64,000 nucleotides of DNA, from contig DPGI01000005.1 in the NCBI GenBank assembly GCA_003522085.1, forward strand, positions 63,044 to 127,043, written 5' to 3'. Positions 37,578-47,538 of this stretch are shown one piece after another (positions within the stretch are counted from its first letter, which is position 1; every line of letters starts with the position of its first letter). Both the position numbers and the translations under genes were made by a program. The notes beneath the pieces were generated by a model. That model worked only from the letters and a program-made list of their open reading frames with translations. It was not told the origin of the DNA and searched no databases. This DNA comes from Clostridiales bacterium. GTDB taxonomy: Bacteria > Bacillota > Clostridia > Christensenellales > UBA1242.

Positions 37578-38420
37578 ATGGACAACGCTCAAAAATATAT
37601 TCCAATGACCAAAAAAGAAAAGATTTTCCGTTGGCTCAACATCGCATTTGATATCGCAATCATGCTCGCCGGCATCGCTCTTGCAATTTATTATCACAGC
37701 ATTGGCGACCCCAACAATCGTTTTTTTATCAGCCTTGGAATGTTGGGCTTTGGTGTCCTTCCTTTTATTTACGAACTCATCTCACGCGCAAAACTCACAA
37801 ATTCTGTATTTTTGATTTTTAATATTTATTTGCTTATTGCTGGTCTGCTTGGCGGCGCGCTCAATGGCTACAATACGTATTTTTGGCTTGGCAGAGTGGT
37901 TCACTTTATAATGGGCTATATGATGGCAATGCTTGGATTATTCATCATTTGCCGCACAAAGCACAACACAAAAATGCACTATCTTATGGTCGCGCTTTTC
38001 TGCCTTGCGTTTTCGCTTTTCATCGAAGCAATTTGGGAAATAGGAGAGTGGAGTGCAGACAATCTTTTCAATCAAACAGCCCAAGGCGCAAAAATTGGCG
38101 AGTATGGTGCTCCACTAGTAACTGACACAATGGAAGACATCTGCTGCAACACCGGCGGCGCACTCTTGTTTGTGTTGCACTATCTCATAAGCAAGTGGTC
38201 AAAGAAAAATCTGCTTATTTCGTCAATGGAAAAAGAGTTTTCAATAAGACATAAATTATTTGAAAAATCATCAAATAAATCAAAGGAAACAAACGAACAA
38301 ACAAACGAAAAAAATGAAGCAATAATTGATGAAAATATTGCAGAAAATATTTCTTCACAAAATACTGCTTTGCCTGAAAATAACGCAGAAATAAATATTT
38401 CGGAAAATGATGAAAAATAA
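37578..38420 (+). CDS. polytopic membrane protein, function unknown, with low-complexity N/E-rich tail
   Basis: About 6 predicted TM helices and a conserved-looking EAIWEIGEW segment. No family is assigned with confidence. Confidence 0.5.
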   Translation: MDNAQKYIPMTKKEKIFRWLNIAFDIAIMLAGIALAIYYHSIGDPNNRFFISLGMLGFGVLPFIYELISRAKLTNSVFLIFNIYLLIAGLLGGALNGYNTYFWLGRVVHFIMGYMMAMLGLFIICRTKHNTKMHYLMVALFCLAFSLFIEAIWEIGEWSADNLFNQTAQGAKIGEYGAPLVTDTMEDICCNTGGALLFVLHYLISKWSKKNLLISSMEKEFSIRHKLFEKSSNKSKETNEQTNEKNEAIIDENIAENISSQNTALPENNAEINISENDEK

Positions 38421-38477
38421 ATATTTATGTCAATATATATAAATATTTTAAATAATTAAAATAAATATTTTAAATAA

Positions 38478-38510
38478 TAAAAAAATCGCAAATAATTGCG
38501 ATTTTTTTTG
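38478..38510. terminator. bidirectional terminator
   Basis: Stem atcgcaa pairs with ttgcgat around a 4-nt loop, flanked by an A-run and a T-run. Confidence 0.8.
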
Positions 38511-38514
38511 TTGT

Positions 38515-39366
38515 TTATTTAATAATTTCTGTCCAATCTGATGCAACAGCATATTTTCTTCCGTCGGGGTTTGAAAAATAGCTTTCAACTTCTCTGTTGC
38601 AAGAATCAATAATTTTGTCAATGTTATGATAAGTGTCAAGTGTTCCAACGTCCACGTTGTGGTAAGGCGCAATGTCATAAAAATAAACATCAGCTTCATT
38701 GTTTGTTACAAGCCAAGCAGGGAAGTATCCAGGGGCATCGCCGATATTGTTGCCTTTTTCCTTTTCTGCCATAAACTTGTGAATTTTTTTTGTGGTATCT
38801 GCGTTATATATATAAAACGCACCGCAAGCATAATTTCCGTCTGGCACGGCAGGTTTTTCTTGCAAACTTTCAATCTTGCAAGTTTTTGGATCAACATGAG
38901 CAACAGCCCCGCCGCGAAGAACTTTTTCGCTTGTTTCAAATTTTCCAAAAACAGTGTTGCCGCGATCTTTGCCGCGATAAAATTTGTAAATGTCACTGAT
39001 TTTAAAATCGAACCAGTTGTCGGCAACCAGGATCATTGATTCGCCCTCATATCCAATTTTGTTGAGTGCGAAAGCAACATCTCCAACTGCGCCCAAACGG
39101 TCTTCATTACTTGAAGTTCCGTCGTCTAAAATAGTAACGACTTTATCAGTAACCATTTTGCCGGCGCCTTTAGCATCAACAAAATTTTTGTAGAATTTGT
39201 GGTTTGAAATAATGACTACTTCGTCGATTTCTGGGATTTCGTTTAAGTTGTCAAGCAAAAGTTGAAGAAAAGATTTTCCTTGAACTTCCAAAAGTGCCTT
39301 AGGGGTGTTTTCTGTGAGTTTTCCAAGTCTAGTTGCGTAGCCAGCACAAAGAATAAAAGCTTTCAT
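38515..39366 (-). CDS. sugar-phosphate nucleotidyltransferase family protein
   Basis: N-terminal MKAFILCAGYATRLGKLTENTPKALL (G-x-G-t-R-l signature). Confidence 0.75.
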   Translation of the reverse strand: MKAFILCAGYATRLGKLTENTPKALLEVQGKSFLQLLLDNLNEIPEIDEVVIISNHKFYKNFVDAKGAGKMVTDKVVTILDDGTSSNEDRLGAVGDVAFALNKIGYEGESMILVADNWFDFKISDIYKFYRGKDRGNTVFGKFETSEKVLRGGAVAHVDPKTCKIESLQEKPAVPDGNYACGAFYIYNADTTKKIHKFMAEKEKGNNIGDAPGYFPAWLVTNNEADVYFYDIAPYHNVDVGTLDTYHNIDKIIDSCNREVESYFSNPDGRKYAVASDWTEIIK

Positions 39367-39473
39367 ATTTATCTCCTTTTTGTTTTGTTAGTTTAGCATA
39401 TTATTTTTAATTTGTAAAGACATAATGAGTTATCGTCAAATTGCAAAAAAAGTTGTTTCTTGAAGAGAGGAAT

Positions 39474-41270
39474 TTACTCTTCAACAATTTCTTTTGAATC
39501 GCCCTTTTCGTCAAATTGGCTAGAATATAAATCTGCATAAAATCCGCCAGCAGCCAAAAGTTGATTGTGTGTTCCGTATTCGACCACTTCGCCATTGTTC
39601 ATCACAATAATTTGATCGGCGTTTCGAATGGTTGAAAGTCGGTGAGCGATGACAAAACTTGTTCTGCCGTGTGTCAGCCTATCCATAGCTTCTTGAATCA
39701 GCACTTCAGTTCTAGTGTCAACCGAACTAGTTGCTTCGTCCAAAATAAGCATAGGCGCGCCTTGAAGCATAGCTCTTGCGATTGTCAGCAGTTGTTTCTG
39801 ACCTTGGCTGACCATGCTGTCTTCTTTTAAAATCATATCATAATTGCCGGGCAGGGTGGTGATAAAGTGGTGAACGTTGGCAGTCTTTGCCGCCTCAATC
39901 ATCTCTTCGTCGGTCGCGTCAGGCTTGCCGTATTTAAGGTTATCGCGAATGCTTCCTTCAAACAGCCAAGTGTCTTGCAGCACCATGCCGAAAAGGTTGC
40001 GAACATAGGTTCGAGTCATATCTTTAGTGTTAACGCCATCAATCAAAATTTCGCCGCTTCCAACCTCATAAAATCTCATCAAAAGGTTTACAAGAGTGGT
40101 CTTTCCAGCGCCTGTAGGACCAACGATAGCGATTTTTTGCCCAGGCAGAGCAGTAAACGAGAAGTCGCGAATAACGGGTTTGTCAGGGTCGTATCCAAAG
40201 CAAACGTTTTTGAATTCAACTTTGCCTTTAATTTTTTTAAGCGTAACGGCCTTTTGATCGGCAACTTCTTCTTTTTCTTCCAAAAATTCCATAACGCGTT
40301 CGCTTGCAGCAGCAGCCGTTTGCAAACTCGAGAAAATCGACCCGAATTGCGCGATAGGTTGGTTGAAAATTTTGATATAAGTTATAAAGGTTATAATTGA
40401 AGTGATAAACAGCAAATTGTTATTTGAAATAGCAATCCACGCGCCAAGCACGCAAACGCCAACATAAATAAGGTTTCCGATAAAGTTAATCGAAGGCATC
40501 ATAAGCGCTGAAAGAAATTGAGATTTGCGGGCAGAAGCGGCGAGGTCTTTGTTTATTGCATCAAACTTTTCCATAGCGTTTTGTTCGCCGTTAAATGCCT
40601 TTACAACGTTGTGAGCGGAATAAATTTCTTCAATGTGTCCGTTGATTTGTCCCAAATATTTTTGTTGGCGCACGAAATATTTTTGTGAAAACTTAACAAT
40701 CAAAGCAATCAATCCAAACGCCAGTGGAAGTTCAATTAAAGAAAACAGCGTCAGTTCCCAGCTTATAGTAAACATCATCACAGGGATGCCGATAATCATA
40801 GTTGTTGAAGTGATTAAACTTGCAAGTGAATCGTTTAAGGTTTGGCCGATTCTGTCAACATCGTTTGTCATGCGAGAAAGCACATCGCCATAGGTTGTCT
40901 TATCAAAATAAGCCAAAGGCAAGTGGTTGATTTTTTCGCTGATTTGACGTCTGAAATTCTCTGTAACCTTTGCCGAAACTTTGGCCATGATGAAGTTTTG
41001 CATATAGTTAAAGCCAAAAGCGAACACATACATAAGTGTCAGCGTGATTCCAAATCTTGTTATGACATCAAAGTCGAAAGGTGGGACGACAATATTTTCC
41101 ATCATTTTGTTTAAGACGAAAGGTCCCATCACTGATATAACAGTTCCAAGAGCGGCCAAAATCAAAGCAATGATTACTGCAGCTCTAAACGAACGCAAAC
41201 TGCGGAAAAGATATTTGATTGATTTTTTAAAGTCCTTTGATTTAGCAGGAGCATGTGCAAAAGGTGGCAT
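39474..41270 (-). CDS. ABC exporter, fused permease/ATPase (type I, MsbA/multidrug-like), subunit 2
   Basis: Six-TM domain plus NBD with GPTGAGKTT, LSQGQKQLL and LILDEATSSVD. Confidence 0.9.
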   Translation of the reverse strand: MPPFAHAPAKSKDFKKSIKYLFRSLRSFRAAVIIALILAALGTVISVMGPFVLNKMMENIVVPPFDFDVITRFGITLTLMYVFAFGFNYMQNFIMAKVSAKVTENFRRQISEKINHLPLAYFDKTTYGDVLSRMTNDVDRIGQTLNDSLASLITSTTMIIGIPVMMFTISWELTLFSLIELPLAFGLIALIVKFSQKYFVRQQKYLGQINGHIEEIYSAHNVVKAFNGEQNAMEKFDAINKDLAASARKSQFLSALMMPSINFIGNLIYVGVCVLGAWIAISNNNLLFITSIITFITYIKIFNQPIAQFGSIFSSLQTAAAASERVMEFLEEKEEVADQKAVTLKKIKGKVEFKNVCFGYDPDKPVIRDFSFTALPGQKIAIVGPTGAGKTTLVNLLMRFYEVGSGEILIDGVNTKDMTRTYVRNLFGMVLQDTWLFEGSIRDNLKYGKPDATDEEMIEAAKTANVHHFITTLPGNYDMILKEDSMVSQGQKQLLTIARAMLQGAPMLILDEATSSVDTRTEVLIQEAMDRLTHGRTSFVIAHRLSTIRNADQIIVMNNGEVVEYGTHNQLLAAGGFYADLYSSQFDEKGDSKEIVEE

Positions 41271-41271
41271 C

Positions 41272-43020
41272 TTACAATTCCTCCTTTTTCAGCTGCGACA
41301 GCGCAATTTCTTTATAAACAGGGCAGGACGAAAGCAATTCGTCATGCTTTCCAATGCCAACCATCTCTCCATCGCTTAAAACGATGATTTGGTCGGCGTC
41401 GCGAATAGTTCCGATTCTCTGTGCGACAATCAGGCAAGTCGTGCCTTTTGTATGCGATTTAAGCGCACGACGAAGAGCCTTGTCGGTCTTATAGTCAAGC
41501 GCAGAAAAACTGTCGTCGAAAATCAAAAATTCAGGCTTGCGAACAAGTGCTCTTGCGATCGAAAGGCGTTGTTTCTGTCCGCCTGAAACGTTATGTCCGC
41601 CTTGTGCAATGTTGTATTGCACGCCTTCAGGCTTAGCAAAAACAAATTTCGATTGTGAAATTTTAAGGGCTTCATTGACTTCATCTTCGGTGGCGTCCGC
41701 CTTGCCGTATTTAATGTTGTCTTCAATCGTTCCTGAAAACAGTACTCCCTTTTGTGGAATGTAGCCAATCTTGTCGTGCAAATCGGCAGTTTTATAATCC
41801 TTTACATCTCTGCCGTCAACCATAACTTCGCCTTCCGAAGCATCATAAAAGCGGGGAACAAGGTTAATCAGCGTGCTTTTGCCCGAACCTGTCGAGCCGA
41901 TAAAAGCAACGGTCTGACCTTTTTGTACTTTAAATGAAATGTTTTTCAAAACATAGTCGTCAGCGCCAGGGTATTTAAATGAAACGTTTTTAAATTCGAT
42001 TGTGCCTTTTTCTGTAAGCAAATTTTCGTCGACGCCCGCGCCGTCAGTGATGCTTGATTGTGATTTTAGCACTTCGTTGATTCTCTGCGCTGAAACAATT
42101 CCTCTTGGAACCATAACAAGCAGCATAGAAATCATCATGAAAGCCATAATAATTTGCATAGAGTATTGTGTAAAAACGGTCAAAATTTCAAAGTCGATTT
42201 TTCCATCGTTGATAAGATAAGCGCCCAGCCAAACCAGCGCAAGCGACGTTGCGGACATAATAAAACTCATGCTAGGTGAAACCAGTCCTGCAATGCGGTC
42301 GACAAAAATATCAGTTTTGGCAACTTCACGGTTGACGTTTTCAAACTTTTGTTCTTGGTTTTTCTCAGCGCCATAAGCGCGAACAACCTTTATTCCGGTC
42401 AGGTTTTCACGAGTGAGCAAATTGACTTTATCGGTCAACGATTGAATTTTCTTAAATTTAGGAACGACAAAAATAAACATAACTAAAACAAGCAAAATCA
42501 AAGCCACAACTGAAAGGGCGGTGACAATGCTGAGGTCGCCTGAAAGGTTTAAAATTTTAATAACGGCAACAATCCCAGTGATAGGTGCGGTCAATCCGAG
42601 ATTGATAATCATAAACAGTGTCTGTTGAAGTTGAGTAATGTCGTTTGTCGAGCGGGTGATAAGTGAAGGAATCGAAAACTTGTTGATTTCGGTCATTGAA
42701 AAATCGTTGACCTTTCCAAAAACTTGTTGACGAGCCTTAGCCATAGCGTCAGTAATAGCAAACGAACTTAAATAACTCACCAAAATAGTGGTTGTATAAA
42801 TTGCCGCCACAAAAGCCAGCATAATTCCACCGTTTTTAAGAATATCGCTCCAATAAAGACTTAAATCTCCCGCCATTGCGCCGGCCTTAATGTTGCCGAC
42901 AATCGCTCCCATATATTCAGGGAGTGTAAGGTTGCAATACACTTGAGCGCCCAGCAAAGCGAGTGAGAGAAAAATAAAAAGCCAATCTTTGGCCGAAAAA
43001 CATTTTAATAATTTTGACAT
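41272..43020 (-). CDS. ABC exporter, fused permease/ATPase, subunit 1 (heterodimer partner)
   Basis: GSTGSGKST, VSGGQKQRL and LIFDDSFSALD motifs. There is a 1-nt gap to the partner gene. The start is uncertain (ATG 43020, 43044 or 43056) and no clear RBS is present. Confidence 0.85.
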   Translation of the reverse strand: MSKLLKCFSAKDWLFIFLSLALLGAQVYCNLTLPEYMGAIVGNIKAGAMAGDLSLYWSDILKNGGIMLAFVAAIYTTTILVSYLSSFAITDAMAKARQQVFGKVNDFSMTEINKFSIPSLITRSTNDITQLQQTLFMIINLGLTAPITGIVAVIKILNLSGDLSIVTALSVVALILLVLVMFIFVVPKFKKIQSLTDKVNLLTRENLTGIKVVRAYGAEKNQEQKFENVNREVAKTDIFVDRIAGLVSPSMSFIMSATSLALVWLGAYLINDGKIDFEILTVFTQYSMQIIMAFMMISMLLVMVPRGIVSAQRINEVLKSQSSITDGAGVDENLLTEKGTIEFKNVSFKYPGADDYVLKNISFKVQKGQTVAFIGSTGSGKSTLINLVPRFYDASEGEVMVDGRDVKDYKTADLHDKIGYIPQKGVLFSGTIEDNIKYGKADATEDEVNEALKISQSKFVFAKPEGVQYNIAQGGHNVSGGQKQRLSIARALVRKPEFLIFDDSFSALDYKTDKALRRALKSHTKGTTCLIVAQRIGTIRDADQIIVLSDGEMVGIGKHDELLSSCPVYKEIALSQLKKEEL

Positions 43021-43131
43021 GATATTATATATACATGTTTCCATAAAAAAAGTCAAATAAATACAGTAAAACGTTTTTAATTTTTTGCGAGTTATGGTAT
43101 GATTTTAATGAAAGTTAAAGGAGAAAAAATT

Positions 43132-44076
43132 ATGTCATTCAATTTATTTAAATGCGACAAAGTTGTAGATCCAGTCATCCATGATGAAGAAGAAAACATC
43201 AACATTTCAATGGGTGTGCATATTTTAAGCGGCTGCAAAAACGTCAGTGTAAGCGGCAAAGCGGTAATTTTAGAAGCTATTGGCACGCATTTTAAAGAAG
43301 TAAGCGGCAAAGCGTTTATTCAAATGTTTGACGCTGGCTCAATCGAAAGTCTATATGGCAAAGCAAAAATCGGTCTTATGAAAAGCGGATTTATCGGCTC
43401 AGTATCTGGCAAAGCAAAAATCACAACAATCAACGACTGCGTGATCGACTATGTCAGCGGCAAAGCAAAAATCGGCACAATGAATGATGGATTCATACGT
43501 TTTTTAGATGAAAAAGCCGAACTTGCAACAATGACAAAAGGCAAGATAATGTTTGTCCGTGGTAAAGCAAGAATTGTTACACTTATCGACGGAGACATCA
43601 CAGGGATTGAAGACAATGCAGAACTTGTTAGTATGATGAACGGGAAAATCACATATTCGCTCAACAGTTCAAAAATTGGAACAATCAACAATGGTCAAAT
43701 CACACTTATTGCCGATGATGCAGAAATTTCAACATTAAATAAAGGCGAGATTAAAGAAATGATTGGCTCAAGCATGATTTCAGCCAATATGGAAGGACAA
43801 ATCAAATATATGTGTCCAAAGGCGCTTATTCTTTACAGCCCGGACAAAAGCGAACAAAGACGTGAAGAATTCAAACGCAATAAAAAAGAGCTTTTAAAAA
43901 ATGTAGAAGATGAAATTAAACCAGAGCCACAACAAATGGAACTTGATTTAGAAACTGCATCACAGGAAAAATCTGCCGAAAAAGCAGAAAACCCAACCGA
44001 ACAAACAAGTGAAACAAAAGAAGTAAAAAAAGTTACAACTGTTAGGAGAACAAACAAAACAAAGAAAACAAACTAA
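43132..44076 (+). CDS. beta-solenoid-like repeat protein (bactofilin-like, SGKAKI repeats) with K/E-rich tail
   Basis: About 11 tandem 16-18-aa units, each with an x-SGKA-x-I core then a G-x-I pattern. The C-terminal ~90 aa are charged and disordered. I chose ATG 43132 after RBS aaaggag. Confidence 0.45.
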   Translation: MSFNLFKCDKVVDPVIHDEEENINISMGVHILSGCKNVSVSGKAVILEAIGTHFKEVSGKAFIQMFDAGSIESLYGKAKIGLMKSGFIGSVSGKAKITTINDCVIDYVSGKAKIGTMNDGFIRFLDEKAELATMTKGKIMFVRGKARIVTLIDGDITGIEDNAELVSMMNGKITYSLNSSKIGTINNGQITLIADDAEISTLNKGEIKEMIGSSMISANMEGQIKYMCPKALILYSPDKSEQRREEFKRNKKELLKNVEDEIKPEPQQMELDLETASQEKSAEKAENPTEQTSETKEVKKVTTVRRTNKTKKTN

Positions 44077-44086
44077 AAGGTGAGTA

Positions 44087-44998
44087 ATGCAGATATTTTT
44101 ATCAGCACTTTCAGATGCTGCGCTAGACACGCTGAAAGTTCTGCCGATTTTATATTTAGCGTATTTACTTGTCGCATATTTTTCGCACGAAAAAAGCAAA
44201 AAATTTACAAATTTTTTGAATAAGTCTAAAAAAGCTGGTCCTCTTGTGGGAGCTTTTTTAGGTTGTGTGCCACAATGCGGCTTTTCTTCTGTTATGTCTG
44301 ATTTATATGCACGTCGCTCAATAACGCTCGGCACGCTGATAGCGGTGTTTATAGCAACTTCTGATGAAGCAATTCCAATTTTAATAGCAAATCCAAATTT
44401 TACTGTTGATTTGCTTATAATGATAGGGTTAAAAATAGCATTTGCGATTGCGTTTGGTTATTTGGTCGACATCACGTTAAACCTTTTCGAACGAAAACGT
44501 ATTAAAAAACAGTTAACTCAAATTGCCGAACACGATTTAGAACACACCCATGACTATTGCATGTGTAATGGGCACAGCGACACAAAGGAACATTGTCACG
44601 AAGAAAATATATTTCTTGATGCGCTTCATCACTCGGTTAGCATTGCTCTTTACATTTTTGTGGCAACGCTTTTAATCAACATAATCGTCGAATATGTAGG
44701 AATGGAGGCTCTCACAAGCTGGTTTGGAGGGAACGTATACATTCAAATCCTGCTGGCAGGGTTGATAGGTCTTATTCCAAATTGCGCAGCATCGGTATTC
44801 TTAGTCGAACTCTACATCAACGGCGGCATAGCCTTTTCAGCGATGTTTGCCGGGCTAAGTGTCGGAGCAGGGGTCGGAATAATAATTTTGTTCACAAAAA
44901 ATGTTGGCAAACATAAAATATGGCAAAACATTGCAATTCTGTCAATGCTTTACATATTCGGTGTCGCCAGTGGCATGATAGTAAGTTTATTCTACTGA
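44087..44998 (+). CDS. putative metal (Mn/heavy-metal) transporter, ArsP_2-like 10-TM family
   Basis: LGCVPQCGFS motif, multiple TM helices, and a central His/Cys-rich loop EHDLEHTHDYCMCNGHSDTKEHCHEEN. Confidence 0.5.
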   Translation: MQIFLSALSDAALDTLKVLPILYLAYLLVAYFSHEKSKKFTNFLNKSKKAGPLVGAFLGCVPQCGFSSVMSDLYARRSITLGTLIAVFIATSDEAIPILIANPNFTVDLLIMIGLKIAFAIAFGYLVDITLNLFERKRIKKQLTQIAEHDLEHTHDYCMCNGHSDTKEHCHEENIFLDALHHSVSIALYIFVATLLINIIVEYVGMEALTSWFGGNVYIQILLAGLIGLIPNCAASVFLVELYINGGIAFSAMFAGLSVGAGVGIIILFTKNVGKHKIWQNIAILSMLYIFGVASGMIVSLFY

Positions 44999-45162
44999 CA
45001 AAAACGACATAATACTGGCTATTATGAAACATAATACACAACATATAGTAGGTATTATGAAGAATTTTCAGCAAAACAACTTAAATCTAAAAATATAAGT
45101 TTAAAAGTCTTTGAAAAAAAATATAAATATGTTATCATTTCATAAACTAACATGGAGGGGTA

Positions 45163-45984
45163 ATGATTAAGATAATTGTAGATTCAACTGCATACATTCC
45201 AAAAGAGTTCATCGAAGAAAATGACATTCAAGTTGTTCCACTTCATGTTTTGTATATGGATAAAGAGTTTGAAGAAGGTTTGCCAGGCAGTTATGACGAG
45301 TTTTTTGCGTCATTTACAAAAACAAAAATATTCCCAAAAACATCTCAGCCATCGCCAGACCTTTTTACAAATGCTTACAACAAGGTTATTGATGAAGGCA
45401 ATGAAGCTATTGTTTTCACTATTTCATCATCGCTTTCAGGAACATTTTCAGTTGCAAATCTTGCAAAAGCTGATTGCAAAAACCCTGAAAAAATCTCAGT
45501 TATCGACTCAATGAGCACTGGTCAAAACATTTGGGGATATTGCATGGAAGTTATTGAAAAGGCAAAAGAAGGCTGGACGAGAGCGCAAATCCTTGAATAC
45601 ATTGCTCAGCTTCAAATAAACAGCCAAATTTGTTTTGTTCCTGATTCTCTTGACTATCTTAAAAAGGGTGGAAGAATCGGAAGAGTAAGCGCGACTCTTG
45701 GTTCGCTTTTGCAAATCAAGCCTGTTTTGACCTTTAAACAGGGCACACTTTTGTGCGCAAAAAAGATTTTTGGCACAGCAAAAGTCTTTGGCGAACTTAT
45801 ATCAATGGTTCCCAAAAATGTAAAACGTCTTTTTGCAATTCACATTGCAAACACAAAATATTTCGACACACTTTATGATAAAATGAAACAGGCATTTCCT
45901 GACACAGAAATTTATGTCGGGGAACTTGGGCCTGTAGTTGCTGCTCACATCGGACCAGCCATCGGAGTTTGCTATATATGTTAA
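45163..45984 (+). CDS. DegV family fatty-acid-binding protein
   Basis: N-terminal IKIIVDSTAYIP and overall DegV pattern (LSGT, YLKKGGRIG). Confidence 0.85.
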   Translation: MIKIIVDSTAYIPKEFIEENDIQVVPLHVLYMDKEFEEGLPGSYDEFFASFTKTKIFPKTSQPSPDLFTNAYNKVIDEGNEAIVFTISSSLSGTFSVANLAKADCKNPEKISVIDSMSTGQNIWGYCMEVIEKAKEGWTRAQILEYIAQLQINSQICFVPDSLDYLKKGGRIGRVSATLGSLLQIKPVLTFKQGTLLCAKKIFGTAKVFGELISMVPKNVKRLFAIHIANTKYFDTLYDKMKQAFPDTEIYVGELGPVVAAHIGPAIGVCYIC

Positions 45985-46685
45985 GAAAACAAGCACTTAT
46001 TACTGGTGCAACTGGTGATATAGGAAGGGTTATTGCAGCCGACCTTTCAAAGGCAGGCTACAATCTTTTATTATGCGGAAATAAAGGGGAGTTTGACACA
46101 TCTCAAATCGTGACCGATTACAGCGAATTTCGCTTCGACATCTCGTCAGCAGAGCAAGTGAAAGCCACATTTAAAAACATTTCAAAACAATTTGGCAAGA
46201 TTGATTTGCTTGTTTCGTGTGCTGGCGTTGCCGCTCCCGAACAAATGCTTATCGACATGTCCGACGACGTAATAGACAAGCTTATTTCGACAAACTTAAA
46301 CGGAACAATATATACCAACAAATATGCTCTTCCTCTTTTAAACAAAGGCGGAAGCATCGTCAACATCTCTTCATTTTTGGGCGAAACAGGCTGCTGCTGC
46401 GAAGCCGCATATGCCGCCGCTAAAGCCGGCGTAATCAACTTGACAAAATCGCTTGCGCAAGAATTTGCACCATTTTTGGTTAGAGTAAATTCAATCAGCC
46501 CAGGCTATATCGACACAAAAATGAATTCTGAATTTTCTCCAGAAGAAAAGCAACAAATCATTCAGCAAACGCTACTTAAAAGGCTTGGAAAACCTGAAGA
46601 CATTTCGTCCGCCGTGTTGTTTCTGGCGCAAAACACGTTTATTACAGGCGAAAACATAACCATCTCTGGCGGGTATACAATCTAG
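45978..46685 (+). CDS. SDR-family oxidoreductase (FabG-like)
   Basis: TGATGDIG cofactor motif, catalytic YAAAKAG, and NSISPG. ATG 45978 is preferred over TTG 45969. Confidence 0.85.
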   Translation: MLRKQALITGATGDIGRVIAADLSKAGYNLLLCGNKGEFDTSQIVTDYSEFRFDISSAEQVKATFKNISKQFGKIDLLVSCAGVAAPEQMLIDMSDDVIDKLISTNLNGTIYTNKYALPLLNKGGSIVNISSFLGETGCCCEAAYAAAKAGVINLTKSLAQEFAPFLVRVNSISPGYIDTKMNSEFSPEEKQQIIQQTLLKRLGKPEDISSAVLFLAQNTFITGENITISGGYTI

Positions 46686-46701
46686 TAAAATCAATTCGTT
46701 A

Positions 46702-46740
46702 AAACAACTGCTTATTCGACAAAAGCGGTTGTTTTTTTTA
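46702..46740 (+). terminator. rho-independent terminator
   Basis: Stem aacaactgct pairs with agcggttgtt (one G-U pair), followed by a run of 8 T. Confidence 0.75.
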
Positions 46741-46780
46741 TGTCTTAAAGATTTAGAATTGTAAAGCAAGGAGGAAGAAA

Positions 46781-47089
46781 TTGAAAATTAAATCCAGAAT
46801 TTACAATTCAACATTATATGTGCTTTTATCTGGCGAACTCGACTCAAACACCGCAGTATATGCCCGCGAAGAAATGGACAAAGCCTTTGCTAGTGGCCTG
46901 TTTAAGCAGATTATCATTGACTTATCCGAACTTGAATTTATGGATTCAACGGGAATAGGGCTGCTGATAGGCAGATACAAAAAGATGCAAGAAAAACACG
47001 TGCCGATATTCATATGCAATCCGTCGTCGCACGCAGAAAAAATATTCAAAATGTCGGGGCTCTACGAGCTTATGCCAAAAATTGGTTAG
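46781..47089 (+). CDS. spoIIAA: anti-sigma-F factor antagonist SpoIIAA
   Basis: STAS domain with a phosphorylatable-Ser motif (FMDSTGIGLLIGRYK). TTG start after RBS aaggagg. Confidence 0.9.
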   Translation: MKIKSRIYNSTLYVLLSGELDSNTAVYAREEMDKAFASGLFKQIIIDLSELEFMDSTGIGLLIGRYKKMQEKHVPIFICNPSSHAEKIFKMSGLYELMPKIG

Positions 47090-47097
47090 GAGGAAAA

Positions 47098-47538
47098 ATG
47101 AAAAATTATATGGAAGTGAAATTCAAAGCGATTCCTGAAAACGTAGCGTTTGCGCGCATGTGCGTTGCGGGATTTTGCCTTCAACTTAATCCCACAATCG
47201 AAGAAATTGACGACATAAAAACGGCGGTCTCCGAGGCGGTTACAAACTGTGTCGTTCACGCCTATCCCAAATCGGTCGGCGATGTAAGTATGCGTGTTGA
47301 AATTGAAAATGGCGAAGTTCAAATCAGCGTTTCCGACAAAGGCATTGGCATCAAAGATTTTGCCAAAGCGCGCGAGCCGTTTTACACAACCAAACTTTCT
47401 GAAGAGCGCAGCGGAATGGGCTTTTCGGTTATGGAAAGTTTTATGGACAATGTCGAACTGCAAAAAAACGACGAAAAGGGCTTAAAAGTGGTCTTAACAA
47501 AACATCTGTCAAAAAGCGCACAAAGCATTTCGTGCTAG
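47098..47538 (+). CDS. spoIIAB: anti-sigma-F factor SpoIIAB (serine kinase)
   Basis: HATPase_c motifs (EAVTNCVVHAY, DKGIGI, ERSGMGF). I chose ATG 47098 after RBS aggagg. Confidence 0.9.
   Translation: MKNYMEVKFKAIPENVAFARMCVAGFCLQLNPTIEEIDDIKTAVSEAVTNCVVHAYPKSVGDVSMRVEIENGEVQISVSDKGIGIKDFAKAREPFYTTKLSEERSGMGFSVMESFMDNVELQKNDEKGLKVVLTKHLSKSAQSISC

Noticed and set aside
45007-45019. Exact 13-mer ACATAATACTGGC shared with 52183-52195, and phased CATAATA motifs at 52184-52232 upstream of yunB, considered as a shared sporulation promoter or regulatory element
   Set aside because: By rough expectation, dozens of exact 13-mer coincidences are expected by chance among all position pairs in 64 kb of AT-biased DNA. 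The CATA..TA resemblance to sigma-E/K -10 boxes is too short to call without transcript mapping.
47014-47097. N-terminal extensions in the ORF track (spoIIAB 47014, spoVAD 50651, spoVAE 51517, SBP 34537, lipoprotein 50236, rluA-like 53897, valS 34953, mcsB 24487)
   Set aside because: Internal starts with good RBSs, signal peptides or ATGA/TAATG coupling give proteins matching family N-termini. The extensions overlap upstream genes or non-coding DNA.
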